In this document: positions 26,001 through 44,432 of the stretch, in pieces
How the letters are laid out: each line of letters begins with the position of its first letter
Numbering within the stretch: the first letter of the stretch is position 1
From: the human T2T-CHM13v2.0 reference genome, Homo sapiens
Length of the DNA stretch: 64,000 nt
Direction: 5' to 3' (one strand)
Assembly (NCBI RefSeq): GCF_009914755.1
Contig: NC_060937.1
Notes under the pieces: model-generated
Told to the model about the DNA's origin: nothing
Database searches by the model: none
What the model saw: the letters and a program-made list of their open reading frames with translations, nothing else
Translations under genes and position numbers: made by a program

Positions 26001-26103
26001 GGTCCAGAGAGTGAATATTTTCACAGTGGCATAGATAAAGTTATGCTACAGAAAAGACAGCATTTTTTGGATCATCTTCCTAGAGTTAAGATATCATGTA
26101 TCT

Positions 26104-26298
<195 letters not shown>

Positions 26299-27125
26299 TC
26301 ATGTATCTAAAAATCAGTCATCACAGGACAATCAGGAAACAAACAGTAATTTACCTACTGTATAATTAGATTTGACTTCAGATAAATCTTAATTGAAGCC
26401 TTAGTCTCTAATGTGTAGGCTTGAATTGTAGATATTTTTCCCGGGTTTCGGATTAGGCCTGGTTTTGGATTAGGTAACATTCAAATCCTCTGAAAACAAA
26501 ACAAAACAATAATAATAATGACAAATAGGACATAATCACATGGAACAAACAAAAACAATTTTAAACAGTGAAAATTTTCATAAAAATTTTAACTCTCAAA
26601 AGAGAGTTATATCTTGCATTATTTTGGTAGTGATATTTCCCTAATTCTTTGAGTAAATTTTACCTTGTTTTCATGAACAGCTTTGTGGAGATTATCCAAA
26701 TCCATGCACTTTCTAATGAAAGATGGTTGTATCTGCTAAAAATAAAGATATTACCCTGATTCAGTTAAGCAATTTGCATATATCAATTTAAAGTTGTACT
26801 ATGTTTTTCATCTAAAATATATTTAATCAATATCTTTCAATTTATCTAACAAAATTATTAACTTCAGTTTTCCTCCAATCCTGGAGAATCTCCTATTTAA
26901 GAAGTCACATAGGTGGATATCTTAGTATAGAAGATGAAGACATGTCATTACTAAAGCTACAATTAGGCTACTCTTTTTTAAAAAAAAGTCTGATTTCACA
27001 TGAAACTACAGTATACAAGATTCAGCCACCCATTATATAAAACCGTGGCTTTGATGATGTCTGTCTCAGTTGAGTTTAAACAAAACAGTTAAGAGATTAT
27101 TCTTCAAAAAGGAGAACATCAATTA

Positions 27126-28606
27126 GAGGCATACCTCAGTTTGTTGTGCTTCATGCTATTGTACTTCACAGACATTGAGCTTTTTACAAATTGAAGATTC
27201 ATGGCAACCCTGTGTTGAGCAACTCTCTCAGTTCCATTTCTCCAATTGCATGTTCTCAGTTCATGTCTTTGTGTCACGTTTTGGTAATTCTTGCAATGTT
27301 TCAAACTTTATTATTATCATTATGTCTGTCATGTAATTAGTAATTACACTAACATGTAATTAGTGATCTTTGATGTACTATTGTCACTGTTTTGGAGCAC
27401 TACAAACTGTGTTTATATATGATGGCAAACTTAATGGATATACAAATCACTTAATGATTTGTATATACTGACTGCTCTACTGATCATTGGTTCCCACTTC
27501 TCTCTCCCTCTCCTCAGGCTTCCCTATTCTTTGAGATATACAATATTAAAATTCTGCTAATTGATAACCCTACAATGGTCTCTAAGTGTTCAAGTAAAAC
27601 AAAGTGTCACACATCCCTCACTTTAAACCAAAAGCTAGAAATAATCAAGCTCACTGAGGAAAGCTTAGGGTGAAAGCTAAGTCTCATGTGCCTAACAGCC
27701 AAGTTGTGAATGCAAAAGATAAGTTCTTGAAAGAAACTAAGAGTGCTACTCCAGAGAACTAATGAATGAAAAGAATGCAAAAATAGCCTTATTGCTCATA
27801 TGGAGAAAGTTTTAGCAAGGTGGAAGATCAAGTCAGCCCCAACATTGCTTTAAATCAAAGCTTCATCTAGAACAAGGGCTTATCTCTCTTTATTCAATTC
27901 TATGAAGGCAGAGAGAAGTAAGAAAGCCACAGAAGAAAAGTTTGAAAATAGAAGAGGGTGAGATGGGAGGTGTAAGAAAAGAAGCCGTCGCCATAACATA
28001 AAAGTTGAAGCAGCAAGTGCTGATGTAGATGCCATAGCAAGTTATCCAGAAGATCTACCCAAGATAATTGGTGAAGGTGGCTACATTTAACAACAGATTT
28101 TCAATGTAGACAAAACAGCCTTCTTTTGGAAGTAGATGCCTTCTAGAACTTTCATAGCTAGATAGATGAAGTCAATGCCTGGCTTCAAAGCTTCAATGGA
28201 CAGATTGATTCTCTCATTGGGAGCTAATGCAGCTGATGACTTTAATTTCAAGTCAATGTTCATTTACTATTCTGAAAATCCTGGGACTCTTAAGAATTGT
28301 GTGATATCTACTCTGCCTACGTTCTATAAATGGAACAGCAAAGCCTGAAAAACATCTTATCTTTTTAGATCATAGTTTACTGAATGCTTTACGCCTTCTG
28401 TTGAGACCTACTGCTAAGAAAACAAAAAAGGTTCCTTTCAAATATTATTGTGAATCAATAATGTACCTGGTCATCTGGGAGCTCTGATGGAGACATACAA
28501 GATTAATGTTGTTTTCATGCCTGCTAACATAACTTCCATTCTACAGTCCATGGATCAAAGAGTAATTTTGAGTTTCAAGTCTTGTTATTTAGGAAACATT
28601 TCAGAA
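27126..28606 (+). mobile_element. Tigger1 (TcMar-pogo DNA transposon), 5' ~1.5 kb, 3'-truncated
   Basis: TA at 27124-27125 then the TIR-like 'gaggcatacctc'; decayed transposase from ATG 27575 (M.SKCSS....TSLTLNQKLEIIKL.E), 'QIFNVDKTAFFWK', and ORF 28166..28348 'KSMPGFKASMDRLILSLGANAADDF'; no right TIR. Confidence 0.93.
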
Positions 28607-29378
28607 GACTCATGACACCTCATGCAGGCTACGAGACTCTTCTCTATTGTTTTCTAATGAAGGATAGAAATATTTTTCTAATTATCTTTTATCTTTTCTA
28701 ATCTATCATTGCTGAAATCTACATTCTTATGTCAATTGCTTAATTTCTTTAAAAAATTAAAGTGTTACTTTTCGCCTTTCCTGTTTTGAGCAGGAATGAC
28801 TTTCAAGTGTACTGTGATTTAAATTCTTCAAAATTAAATTAAATAACAATTAATAAACTACAATTAAGTTAGGGAATTATTATGTAACACCTAAAGCAAC
28901 TAATTGCATGCACTTGTTTTAACAGCCAACTGCCAAATTAGATAATGTCCTATATGCATCTTTATACTTCAGAGCTCAGTCTATTCTAGACACTTAGTTA
29001 ACCACAGTTTGACTGTGTCTTAACATTGTGCCTTTCTTGCGTTTTTTTCTAGGAAGTGGTTCACACTATAAAATAAATTTTAATAAATTACTACGTACTA
29101 TTTAAGGTATATTATTTCAATAGTTATTTCATATCTGTTAAAACATATTGACTTAATTCCTACCCTATACTGAAATAAGAGTTTAGTATGTAATCCTGGT
29201 ATTAAACAAATTATCATACATAGAGGTGTACTTTAAAAATTAATCCACGAATTAATAACATTTATATGTTAAAAATAAAAAGTCCATCCCAAATGTTTTT
29301 ATCTAAAAAGTCTTAACCTTTCAGCACTCAGAATTCCACTTTTTTTCACTTTTAAATTTCTAATATATTTACAAATAT

Positions 29379-29455
29379 TAGGTTGACAGACTTAGTAAAT
29401 AAAAATACAGGACACTCAACTAAATTTTAATTTCAGATAACAATACATTCTTTTG
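29379..29455. mobile_element. MER53-like hAT MITE half
   Basis: 'aggttgacagacttagtaaataaaaatacaggacactcaactaaattttaatttcagataa'. Confidence 0.75.
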
Positions 29456-29611
29456 TTTTGTTTTGCCCCAGCCAGCTCCTACAGGTTGCTCACATTCCGT
29501 GGTTTGTTGACCTCTACTTCCAGAGCCACTTTGGCAGTTTGAGACCTAGCATCACACCAAATTTACTTTCATAGTCACAAGTCCCTTACAATAGTAAAGA
29601 CACAAATTTAG

Positions 29612-29755
29612 GACATTGTACACACACAATCATACACATTATATATAATCACATATATATTTACACACATATTCATATACATACATTATTTATACATAAA
29701 CATATACAATTCACAAATTGTAATACACATATGAAATACATGCCACAAAACACGA
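29612..29755. repeat. Degenerate (CA/TA)-rich simple repeat
   Basis: Mixed cata/caca/tata runs. Confidence 0.7.
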
Positions 29756-30119
29756 ATTTCTATTCTAATATAATAGTTTAGAAGATTAAAGATTGTATCT
29801 GGGAGGAAAAATAATCTATGATAGTGGTTGGGGTCTGAAGCAAATATGCATTTTATTTATGTTAATCAATACATATCTCCATGTGTCTTGATTTTCATCT
29901 GATTTATTCTATTATGCTCTGAATGAATTAGAAATACATCTGTCTTTGGATGCTCGTGTTTTGTTCTCATGGATTACTGATCATTTATCTTTAGAGACAG
30001 GGAATGGAATTGCTGCCTCTGGAAGTCATGACCTAGTTCAGCAGTAGAAGTGCTTGATAATGTACAATGGAATTTCTCTAGGAGTCTTAAGAACTATACA
30101 TAAAGGGTAAAAATAGGTA

Positions 30120-30305
30120 AAAAGGATTGAGTACCTATAATGTGTTCGTTACTAAATATATGTTTGTTTGTTTTTTCATATACTTCCAACAAGAGCCCAA
30201 TAAGACATTATTTATGCTCCATCTTCCAGAAGACAACCTTGGAACACTAACTGGTTAACTGAAGGTCACAAAGAGCTCAGAATTAAAGTTCCTTACCACT
30301 AAGCC
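30120..30305 (-). mobile_element. MIR SINE (degenerate)
   Basis: 'gattgagtacctataatgtg...ggttaactgaaggtcacaaagag...cttaccact'. Confidence 0.5.
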
Positions 30306-30411
30306 TCCTGTAAGTCACAGTTTGTCCAAGGAGTGCTGGAATTGCATACATTGCAACACAACCTTTTCTCTAGAAATTTACCAAGGAAAACCTGACTGAC
30401 AGTATGACCTT

Positions 30412-30495
30412 TGGCCCATATAACTCAGATTTGAAGGATCATTGCTGTCAATATGGCCTACAGAATTCAGATTTGAAGGATTATTATTGTCAATA
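30412..30495. repeat. 42-bp tandem duplication (2 copies, 7 mismatches)
   Basis: tggcccatataactcagatttgaaggatcattgctgtcaata / tggcctacagaattcagatttgaaggattattattgtcaata. Confidence 0.9.
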
Positions 30496-31768
30496 TGTAC
30501 ATTAACATAATATTTCCTTTACAAGGTTAATTTAATGCACTGCTGGGGATATTGTAGAACCACTCTGCGTTTCCTCAAGGTCATAGAATTAGAAATTCTG
30601 ACTGTTCATTAGTCATTTCTTTATATATACATATATATATATATGTATAAACATACACACACATATAAAATTAAAATCGTCTAGATTCAACAAACTTCTA
30701 GTGTATTCCATTTCCTATTTTGAACTTGAAATTATATATTGTATTCTATTTTAATAAAAAATAAAATTTTAATTGTTTTCTCTAGTAATAAAAATGGATA
30801 TGAATAAAAACAAATTATTCTTTGACTTATCAGAGTTATTAAGTTCATTAATGGTAGGTTATTTATTGGTATAACACTTATAATCTGTACATGGTCCTTC
30901 TATCATTTCTCTGAGTATTTAAGTGTAGAAATGCCTTACTTAAAATGCAAGAAGTTTCCAGTAAGTTTCCAGGCTCTAGAGATAAATTATTTATGTTAAC
31001 AAACTGGAAAGAGTTCATTTGCTTTAATATTTATAAGGGAGATCAATGAGACATACAATGCAATATCACTAAGCTCTAAAACTACTATAAAACATAGATT
31101 CAATTAATGGAATGTTAACCAAAGAAGAGTCAGCAATTCATAAATAAATAATTGTTATAAATGCCCAGATTTTTGGAGTACCCTGGTGAAGCCAGCTGTT
31201 GAGCCATGTATTCCACTACCTCCATCCATTAAAAACTGTAATTGTAAGGAAAATTAGATGCTGTCTTGCTCACAGTAGAATACATATTTTAAAGCTATAT
31301 TGGTTTTAAGCCTTTGAAGATAATAAGGTTCATTAAGCTATTACCTTTGAGTTACCTGAAATATTGAATAACCTCAGAATGATTCTGTTTGAAGAGATTT
31401 AATTGGCATGAGCTTTGCCATGCCTTTTAAATAAAACATTTTGTAAGATACTTATAATAATATTAACTACCAAAACATGTACACAATAGATAAATAAAAT
31501 TGAAGACTTGCATTAGCTTACAACTTAGGAATAAAAATGATTGTTAAAAACATCTGAATTAAATGAAATTAAAGCCTAAGGTATTTGGAAATATGAGAAA
31601 CCCAATATACCTTACATAAACCTCAATATTACTGGGCAGAATAAAAGTTCGTTTTTTTCTTTCACCATGAGATGTAAATTAGAAATGTATCAAGCATTTA
31701 TGAGCAGACAATTAGAATTTTTAAAAAATCAAAGGAAGTAAAGGCACTTTTTCTTAAGATATTTATTT

Positions 31769-32079
<311 letters not shown>

Positions 32080-33713
32080 TAAAATGATATAGGAATAAAC
32101 CTATAATTAATATTAGTCTAATTTGCATGCAACAACTTTGTAAAACAGGAAGACAATAGCCTAGCTGTTCATTTAAGGGCTTGCAGTTATTTAACCAAGG
32201 AAAATTATTTATTTTCTTGTGATTGCCATTCAGCAGTCAGTTAACAATTGACAGTTTTAAATTCGTTGACTAAAATACTATTTTAGAAAATTACAAATGA
32301 ATTAACTCATACAGTGAGGTGCATGTATCAGTCAATTTACAAGCTTTATCAAACACTTTGATCTTGATCACAGTGAGAATTCTTGAAGTGGTTTATGAAA
32401 TGTTCATGAATTCTTGGATGAAGCCCAAAATAACTTACCTGACTTGACATATTTGGAGATTTTTATGCAGTTGGTATCACATAGGCTTTTGCAAAAGTAT
32501 TGTCATTTATTTTTTCAAATACCACAAATAAATGTTGAGTATGATATTTATGTATAGTATTCAGGTGTGAGTCGTACCTTTTTAAAATTCGGTGAGAAAT
32601 GCTGTATCTATAACCTTCAATACTAGGCCCTTGCAAAATTTATTTCCCTCTTTGAAACTACGATTTCAAAAACAAAATAGACTTTTTGTTTTCTCTTTTT
32701 ATTGCAAAGTAATATCACTATTAGGAATTTATTTGTGTTGTTGTTATTGTTGTTGCTGTTGATAATCATTACTGACCCTGTATTATTGCAAGGGGCTAAA
32801 CTATTTTAAGTGTCTCACTGACTTACAAAGGCTCAGTGATGGTTACCTTAACTCATGAGGCAAATTATTTTTGATTTTATAGATGTTGAATTATTCAAGA
32901 TGTTTTTAGTTAAAAAAAAAAAAAAAAACACCGATAGATAATGAAGTATGTACCAATGTACTAGAGATAGTTTTAACCACACAGTTCCCCAGAGTAAAGA
33001 TATTGGCAGGTGTGTGAAAACACTGATTAAGTTGCCTATATTTATTCCAATGGGGGCATATAAAATGATTATAAATTCTGTTTACATATGAAAACATACT
33101 TATGCTGGAAATGATTGAAAGAAAAAGTAAAAAGATACTTCACTTAAAAAAATTCACTGAGGAAACTTTGTTTTATCCTTATTCAATTGCTTCTCATTGA
33201 CTGTTCCTACATACCAGAAGGCTGTATGCTCTCAACACATCTGTTATTTCCTAGTATCAGCACCAGGGAGACTCTGTGTATTCAAAGCTTTCATGTTGCA
33301 CTGTAAGAATTACATGTTTGTTATTTATTTATTGTTCATTTGCATCTGTATCATCATTTCACAATCATGACTAGCAACATTTTGATTGGAATAAGAAAGA
33401 ATGCACTGTAGGTTTTGAAATTACTACAATAAGAAAAACCAAGGCTAGATAGACACAGATGTTTTAGCAAGAGGTAGCATATATTTGTTTAAGTAAAGTG
33501 GCTAAGTAAAAAGTGTTTTATTTATTTTCTTGGTTCTCCTAAAATTGACTTGAAGTCTCCTGCAATGAGAAGTAAGAATAACTTGTAGTTTCCTTGGGAT
33601 TTTGAAATTTGATCAAGTTGGAAGAAAAAATTCCTTCAACCCAAAGTTAGCAAAGAAGAATGACCAGTCAACAATAGTTAGAAAAGAAACTCAACAGGAG
33701 CAACAAAACCAAT

Positions 33714-34067
33714 TGTATTAGTCAGTTTTCATGCTGTTGATAAAGACTTACTGAAGACTGGGTAATTTATAAAGAAATAGAAGTTTAATGGACTCACAGT
33801 TCCATGTGGCTGGGGAAGCCTCACAATCATGGCAGAAGCATGTCTTACATGACGATGAGCAAAAAGAGAATGAGAGCCGATTAAAAGAGTTTCCCCCTAT
33901 AAAACCATCAGGTCTCATGAGACTTGTTCACTACTAGGAAAACAGTATGGAGGAAACCACCCCCATGATTCAATTATCTCCCACCGGCTCCCTCCTACAA
34001 CATGTGAGAATTATGGGGGCTATAATTCAAAATGAGATTTGGGTAGGGACACAGCCAAACCATATCA
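33714..34067 (-). mobile_element. THE1 (THE1B-like) MaLR solo LTR with 5-bp TSD
   Basis: TG...CA termini 'tgtattagtc...gacacagccaaaccatatca'; TSD ccaat at 33709-33713 and 34068-34072. Confidence 0.96.
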
Positions 34068-34299
34068 CCAATACGTAAAAGAAGACAATACAATGACAGT
34101 AATAGAATACATGAAATCCTCCATGGAAAAATTTGATTCTCACACTGTGCATAACACTTAAGAGAGTTCACAAATGCTTTGTTACTTTGGGTAAAATAAG
34201 TTAATATAAGGTAAAAAAAAAATCATTTCCTAGACAGAGCTTCTCTTAGCAATTAAATATCTGAATATATTTTTCAGGTTGACATTAAAGTTACAAATA

Positions 34300-34365
34300 T
34301 CTTTTTAAATTTTTAATGATTATGGGTACCAAATCAGTCTATACATTTATGAGGTACATGTGATG
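34300..34365 (-). mobile_element. Very short L1MA 3'-end fragment
   Basis: 'ttttaatgattatgggtac...tatacatttatgaggtacatgtgat'. Confidence 0.55.
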
Positions 34366-35029
34366 GATGAAGAAAAATTTACAGAGGTAGTAACGAAAAA
34401 CCCGGTGGGACAGTCTAATTCATTCAATTATTATGTATTCTTTTTTAAAATAAAAAAAATGTTTTTCACATACACATACACACACTCTCTCTATATATAT
34501 ATATATAATCAAGAGCCAAAATAATATTCTCACGTGACTAAGAAATTATTAACTGATAGCATATTCTTTTTATTAAAAATATTTCCCATGATTTATGGTG
34601 CAGAACTCTGAAGATAAATTATGTATTATAGGCATCTGTACAAATTTAAAACCACTTGATGTAATGACATTTGTCCCCACTTTAAATTACCTCTGTTATC
34701 AAATTTTATCATATGGTTGGCCATCTGAAGTGAGTGAAATAGTATCAATTTATTTAATTCAAAAAAATAGAAAAAAAGATTTTTCATCTTCAGGTTTGGA
34801 CTAGAAACCATGGAGGTCTCATTTGCTAGGTGCATGAGCTTTCAAGCTCCTGCCAAAAGATCCATTTTCAAAATTATAGTTTGTAGTAGTCAAACAACAT
34901 GCTAAAAATTCATTGTTACAGGATTTAAGCTTTCTTTGTATTTTAAGTTTTGTTATGAATGGCTCATACTTTTAATAGAGAAAGTTTAAAACTTGTTTAC
35001 AAAACCAATTCAAACCTATCATGCCTTAA

Positions 35030-35324
<295 letters not shown>

Positions 35325-35661
35325 TTCATTGCTGAATGTATTATTTATTATCAGATGCAATAACCCTAAGAAAAAGATTCATGTAATGTATTCTTGTAAG
35401 TATTTGGTATTAGTCCTGTTTTTCTCATGAAAAGTCTTCTAGAATTAACAATGAGAAGACAGCAAGTAATTTGCCATTTATCATAGTCTCCCTAATGCAT
35501 GACTTCAGTAAATCTCCAAGTTAAATGTAAAATTTGATTGCACTAACAATTATCTTTCCTTACTGTTCAAAGGATTTATCCTGTATCTTTTGGTTTGGTA
35601 TTTGATATCTTTCTATAAATCTAACCTATTAAATAGAGAAAGATATAAAGATATATAGAGT

Positions 35662-35663
<2 letters not shown>

Positions 35664-35713
<50 letters not shown>
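35664..35713. repeat. (TA)n(CA)n compound microsatellite
   Basis: About 19 TA units followed by CA units. Confidence 0.95.
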
Positions 35714-36744
35714 TATTTGTAGAAAGACCATATTTTAATAATTTGGTGGTGCATAATATAATGAGTTGTTGTGTTTAATCAAAAATAATTGAATGCATGC
35801 AAAACAAAAATTTCCCCAGAGAACTCAGATTATGCTGTGTGTATGGAACAGTTCATGAAAGATATAATAAAGGAGTGATATTTAAGCTGCATTCTGACTG
35901 CATTTTGACCGCAGCATGATTTATTTTTAAATTATAGTCCAATATTGGTAACATTTAAGATGAAATGAAAATGAAGACAGTTTGAAGTGTGGGAGATAAG
36001 ACTGGATGATTATTCAGGGAACATATTTTGAGAAGTCTTACAGATATATTAGGAAATTCGAATTTTATTCTATATGTTAGTACTTAGAAAATTACTTTTT
36101 CATAATACAAAAATGATGCATATTTTCCTAGAATGTCTAGCAATACGGAAGTTGTAAATAAATGTTAACTTTTGTATTTCCCTTTCTCTGGAATGACAGA
36201 TTTAAAAAATCTAAAATAATTTCATCAAACTAAACTTCTAATAGGAAATACAATAAACTTAAGAATAATCAATTTGAGAAGTAAATATAAGGTAAATCAC
36301 AGGGCTCAAAGAGGAGGAGGTAGCATGATTCCACAGTAATAAGCTAGTGTTGAACCCTCGGCTATATCAAGAACATTTAGCACTGTGTATGAAAAACCAG
36401 TCATGATTCAGAAAGCAAGACATTAAAACTGTTCAAGGTACACAACAGGAAACATGCCTTTTAACTAAAGCCAAGACTTCTTGAAAAACATGAGTGATAA
36501 CAAAAATAAAATTAATAACAGAAAAAGAAAAACAACTAAATATCTTGATAGTAAAAGAAACTTAGAAAGAAAACAAAGGAAGGAAACAAAGGAGGAATGG
36601 AGAGATGGGAGGGAGGCAGAAAGAAAGGAAGAAAGAACAAGAAAACAAGCCTCCCTTGACATTGTATAGGAGGAGACCAATTAGCAGTTCAAAAAGTAGT
36701 TCAGTGTTAATAAGCTTTTTGTTGTTGATAATATTCTTTATTTT

Positions 36745-40620
<3,876 letters not shown>

Positions 40621-40670
40621 GGAAACTTCTATCCTACCTTGTTTTTAAGTCATTCCCCTTTGACTCTGTG

Positions 40671-40672
<2 letters not shown>

Positions 40673-40710
<38 letters not shown>

Positions 40711-40720
40711 TTTTTTTTTT
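40673..40720. repeat. (TG)n microsatellite followed by poly-T
   Basis: Directly visible. Confidence 0.95.
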
Positions 40721-41175
40721 CCATTCAGTCAAAAGAAAATTTCACAGGATTAGGGTTTTCATTAATATATTTTTAGCATAATTTAAGTTTTAATGCCACT
40801 ATAATTAATAGTCTAATCATACTTACCGCTTAGAATAGCATTTTAAAAATAATTTTCCATAAAACTAATGGAATCTTAATGTAGAAGTCATTCAATCTGC
40901 CCAAACATTGGTAAACTGCCCACCCTAGTTAGCCTGCATTATGTTTTATGCTTTATTGTGTTGTATTTTCCCTGATAAGTGGAAAACACATTTCTTCTTG
41001 CAACCTAGTCATACTCCTATCATCACTCTCGCCAGCACATCCTCACACTCTTGTTCCCTGGCCCAGTGATTTTCTCTTGATCAATGTTTGTTCAATACAA
41101 TCTGTAAAATGATGACGTAAACAAATACATCTCTCCTAGTAAGACTGTCCAAAGTGCTTTGTTATGAAATATAAG

Positions 41176-41786
41176 TGAAGCACCTTCATTGTCTGGGGAG
41201 ATACCCGAGGTTCATTGTCTCACGCCGAGTTTATCAACAGGGACACACATGGGGTGGGTTAAGGAGCAGAAAGTTTAGTAGGCAGGAAAGAAGAGAAGAA
41301 CTCCTCCATAAAAAGGGAGGAAGGCTCCAAATGGAAACAAACAAACAAAACAAAAAAACCCTTGTGGTGGGAAGCAGTAGGTTATCTAAGGAGGCTTGAA
41401 GAGATGGTGTCTGATTTACATAGAGCCCACGGGATTGGTTTGACCAAGTGTGTCATTTACATAACCCTTGTAGAAACTAGCCTTTCCTTTTATTATGCAA
41501 ATGTGACCTCTACCTGGTTGGTACTATGACACCTGCACACGTGGTGACAAAGAAAAGGGAGGGGGAATCACCATACTGGGTAGGCCTGACTTTTAGTACA
41601 GCTGCCAGCATTTATCTATGCAAGCTTCCAGCTTGCTTATCTATGCTTGCAGCTCGACTCTTTAGGATGCTTTTTGTTAGAAAAGAAATGGTTTAGGGAC
41701 TGCTTTTTCTTATAAGAAGAAGCCTTACCAAGGACTCCTGTACCCTTGTTATCTGCCTAAATAATTTATTTTTAACTCCTATATTA
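41176..41786 (-). mobile_element. MER61-like ERV1 solo LTR with 4-bp TSD
   Basis: 'tgaagc...gatacccgaggttcattgtctcacgcc...gccttaccaaggactcctgtacccttgttatctgcctaaataatttatttttaactcctatatta'; TSD taag at 41172-41175 and 41787-41790. Confidence 0.85.
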
Positions 41787-43022
41787 TAAGCATGTTTCTG
41801 GAAATTGGTAAAATGAATTTCAGACTATTGTCTGAAGTATAAGAAGAACTTCAACTAATAATTCCATAGGTTGCTTCAGTTTCTTTTTTTTAATTTTTAG
41901 TCAAACATGGAAAGAGGGGTGCTATATTACTACCAATTTCACTGAATCTTTCAGTAGAAAACTCCTAAAGGGCAAAATTCCTGAAATCATGTTTTGTAAT
42001 AAGACCCTAAAGTATGGATAAGAACATAACCAGTGTATCTAGACAACAGCAGTGTTCAATATTTGTATTTTCTAATTTTCTTTACATTCACAGAATTCAC
42101 TTTTTTCCTTAAAGACAGAATGAGTGTATAAAAAAGGTTATAAGCATTCCTCTAATAGTAGCTTCATAATGATGCCAAATTATCTTTCCTATTTCCAAAA
42201 TAATTCATTTATTTTTGTTTTCAACTGAAGAAATACATATTTGATAAGAAAAAAAAGAATTTGGAGGAGAAACAGGGGAAGGATGGAAGGAGAGAAAATA
42301 AAGAAGGGTAATCATTGTAGCACCTCTTATATATATAGCAGAAAATTCAGAAGGCAAGTGTATAATACATGATAAAACTGCAAACTTCCCAGTAACAAAA
42401 TTTATGGCTTACCGTAATTGAAAATCAATAAATGACAACCTGTGCTATATTTTATCTGACTCTTAAAAATATATCTTTGAAGGACAAAATAGTCATTTCC
42501 TTGTGGTACTGAGTAAATAAATAAGTCATAAAAATGAGCCATTGCTGTTTTCTCATTGGTGTCAGATTTACTATAATCTGCTAAATTAACCTCACTTTAT
42601 ATCTTTGCTGGCCTGAATGGCTATTCAGACTTTATTTTTAAAAATTTAAATTATTATCTTTATTCTCAGGACAAATTTTCCTATTTTTATTGCTCCCTTA
42701 TCTTAATTATGATGTTCTTTATTACACAGAACAGTAGATTAAAAATATTTGGTCATGGTCATATATTTTAATTCCATTGACTTTCAAATATTTAAGAATC
42801 ATTGGCTTGAGACTTCTTAGTACACATAAGATAATAGTGACAGCCTTATTTCTGAACTGCTTCACCCATCCTACTGCATGAACGGGAAACAGAATAATTT
42901 AAAAATGAATTTACTTTTATCTTGGGAAACCAACATTTGAAAATAGCAGACACAGATGTGGAGCCCATTTTGATGAGTAACAGATCACAAGAAGATTGCA
43001 AAAAAGGACAACTCTTTAGTTT

Positions 43023-43182
43023 TCCAGGTGTGGTGGTGTGTGCCTGTAATCTCAGCTACTTGGGAGGCTGAGGCTGAGGTAGGAGTATCCCCTGCGGGCA
43101 GGAGTTTGAAACTCCATCGAGCTTTAGTTGGGACAGCCTGGGTGACAGAGGGAGAGTGAGTCTCTAAATTTAAAAAAATAAT
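43023..43182 (+). mobile_element. Monomeric Alu (FRAM/FLAM-like)
   Basis: 'ccaggtgtggtggtgtgtgcctgtaatctcagctacttgggaggctgagg...cagcctgggtgacagag' + A-rich tail; single arm. Confidence 0.85.
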
Positions 43183-44002
43183 ATTTTAAAACAAGAGTGT
43201 GTACAGGGACCATAACAGTGATGAAACATAAATAAAACTGCCCCAGAGAGAGTCTCCTGTTCTAGGTAAGGAATGCTGACAATAGGTCATATCTGGTGCA
43301 TTAAAAAAGGAAAATTTTAAAAGAGGATGGCATGGGAAGCACTTAAGAACAGGAAGGAGGTTTGGTGGTGGTGAACAAAGAGAAATAAGCATGCCATTGT
43401 AGTTCATAAAGCCATGGAAACAAAAAACCATCACAGAGTCAGAAGCAGAAAGCACACTGACCTCTCCCCACCATGAAGGTATCATTTATTAAAGATGTGA
43501 ACTTCACTGTACCATCAGAATAAGAAACAATAAACATATAAAATGAATGTGTCATCTAAGCTCATTTCCCATTCCACCCCAATTTGCTTCCTGTTCATTC
43601 GGAACATTTCCAGAAAGTTTATTATTAACAAGAAAACCTCATTTATAGCCATACCAATCTACCGTTTAAGACTAAAAATTACCAATCAAAAATGTTATGT
43701 TTAAAAATATAAATAGCCTCTGATACGGAAAAAAAAGGCAAAGGTTAACTGTACACTAATTTTTCACCCTAGTTAAATAAAATTTTAAAATAGAAATACA
43801 AAAGAAATGCAGCAAATTAGATACAAACGTAAACTCGTAACTATAATATACATGCAAAAGAAAGACTTGAGATAAAAAGAAATTGAACAGAGAAACTATT
43901 GAAGTACAACACAACATCATCTCATGATTAATTAGTACAAGATGCCAGTGGAAAGACAGATGCAAGCTGCAAATAAAGGAATAAGCGTAAAGGGTAAAAA
44001 AA

Positions 44003-44337
<335 letters not shown>

Positions 44338-44432
44338 TAAGCATAGACAAAATAGATCATCTGTATGTGTATGTATATATCTCTATGTCAATGTTTAAAC
44401 ACATAGGTATCAATACACAAGTAGGACACACT

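Noticed and set aside
28166-28348. Domesticated Tigger transposase gene (TIGD1-like)
   Set aside because: The frame from ATG 27575 has many stops and frameshifts, and the element is 3'-truncated.
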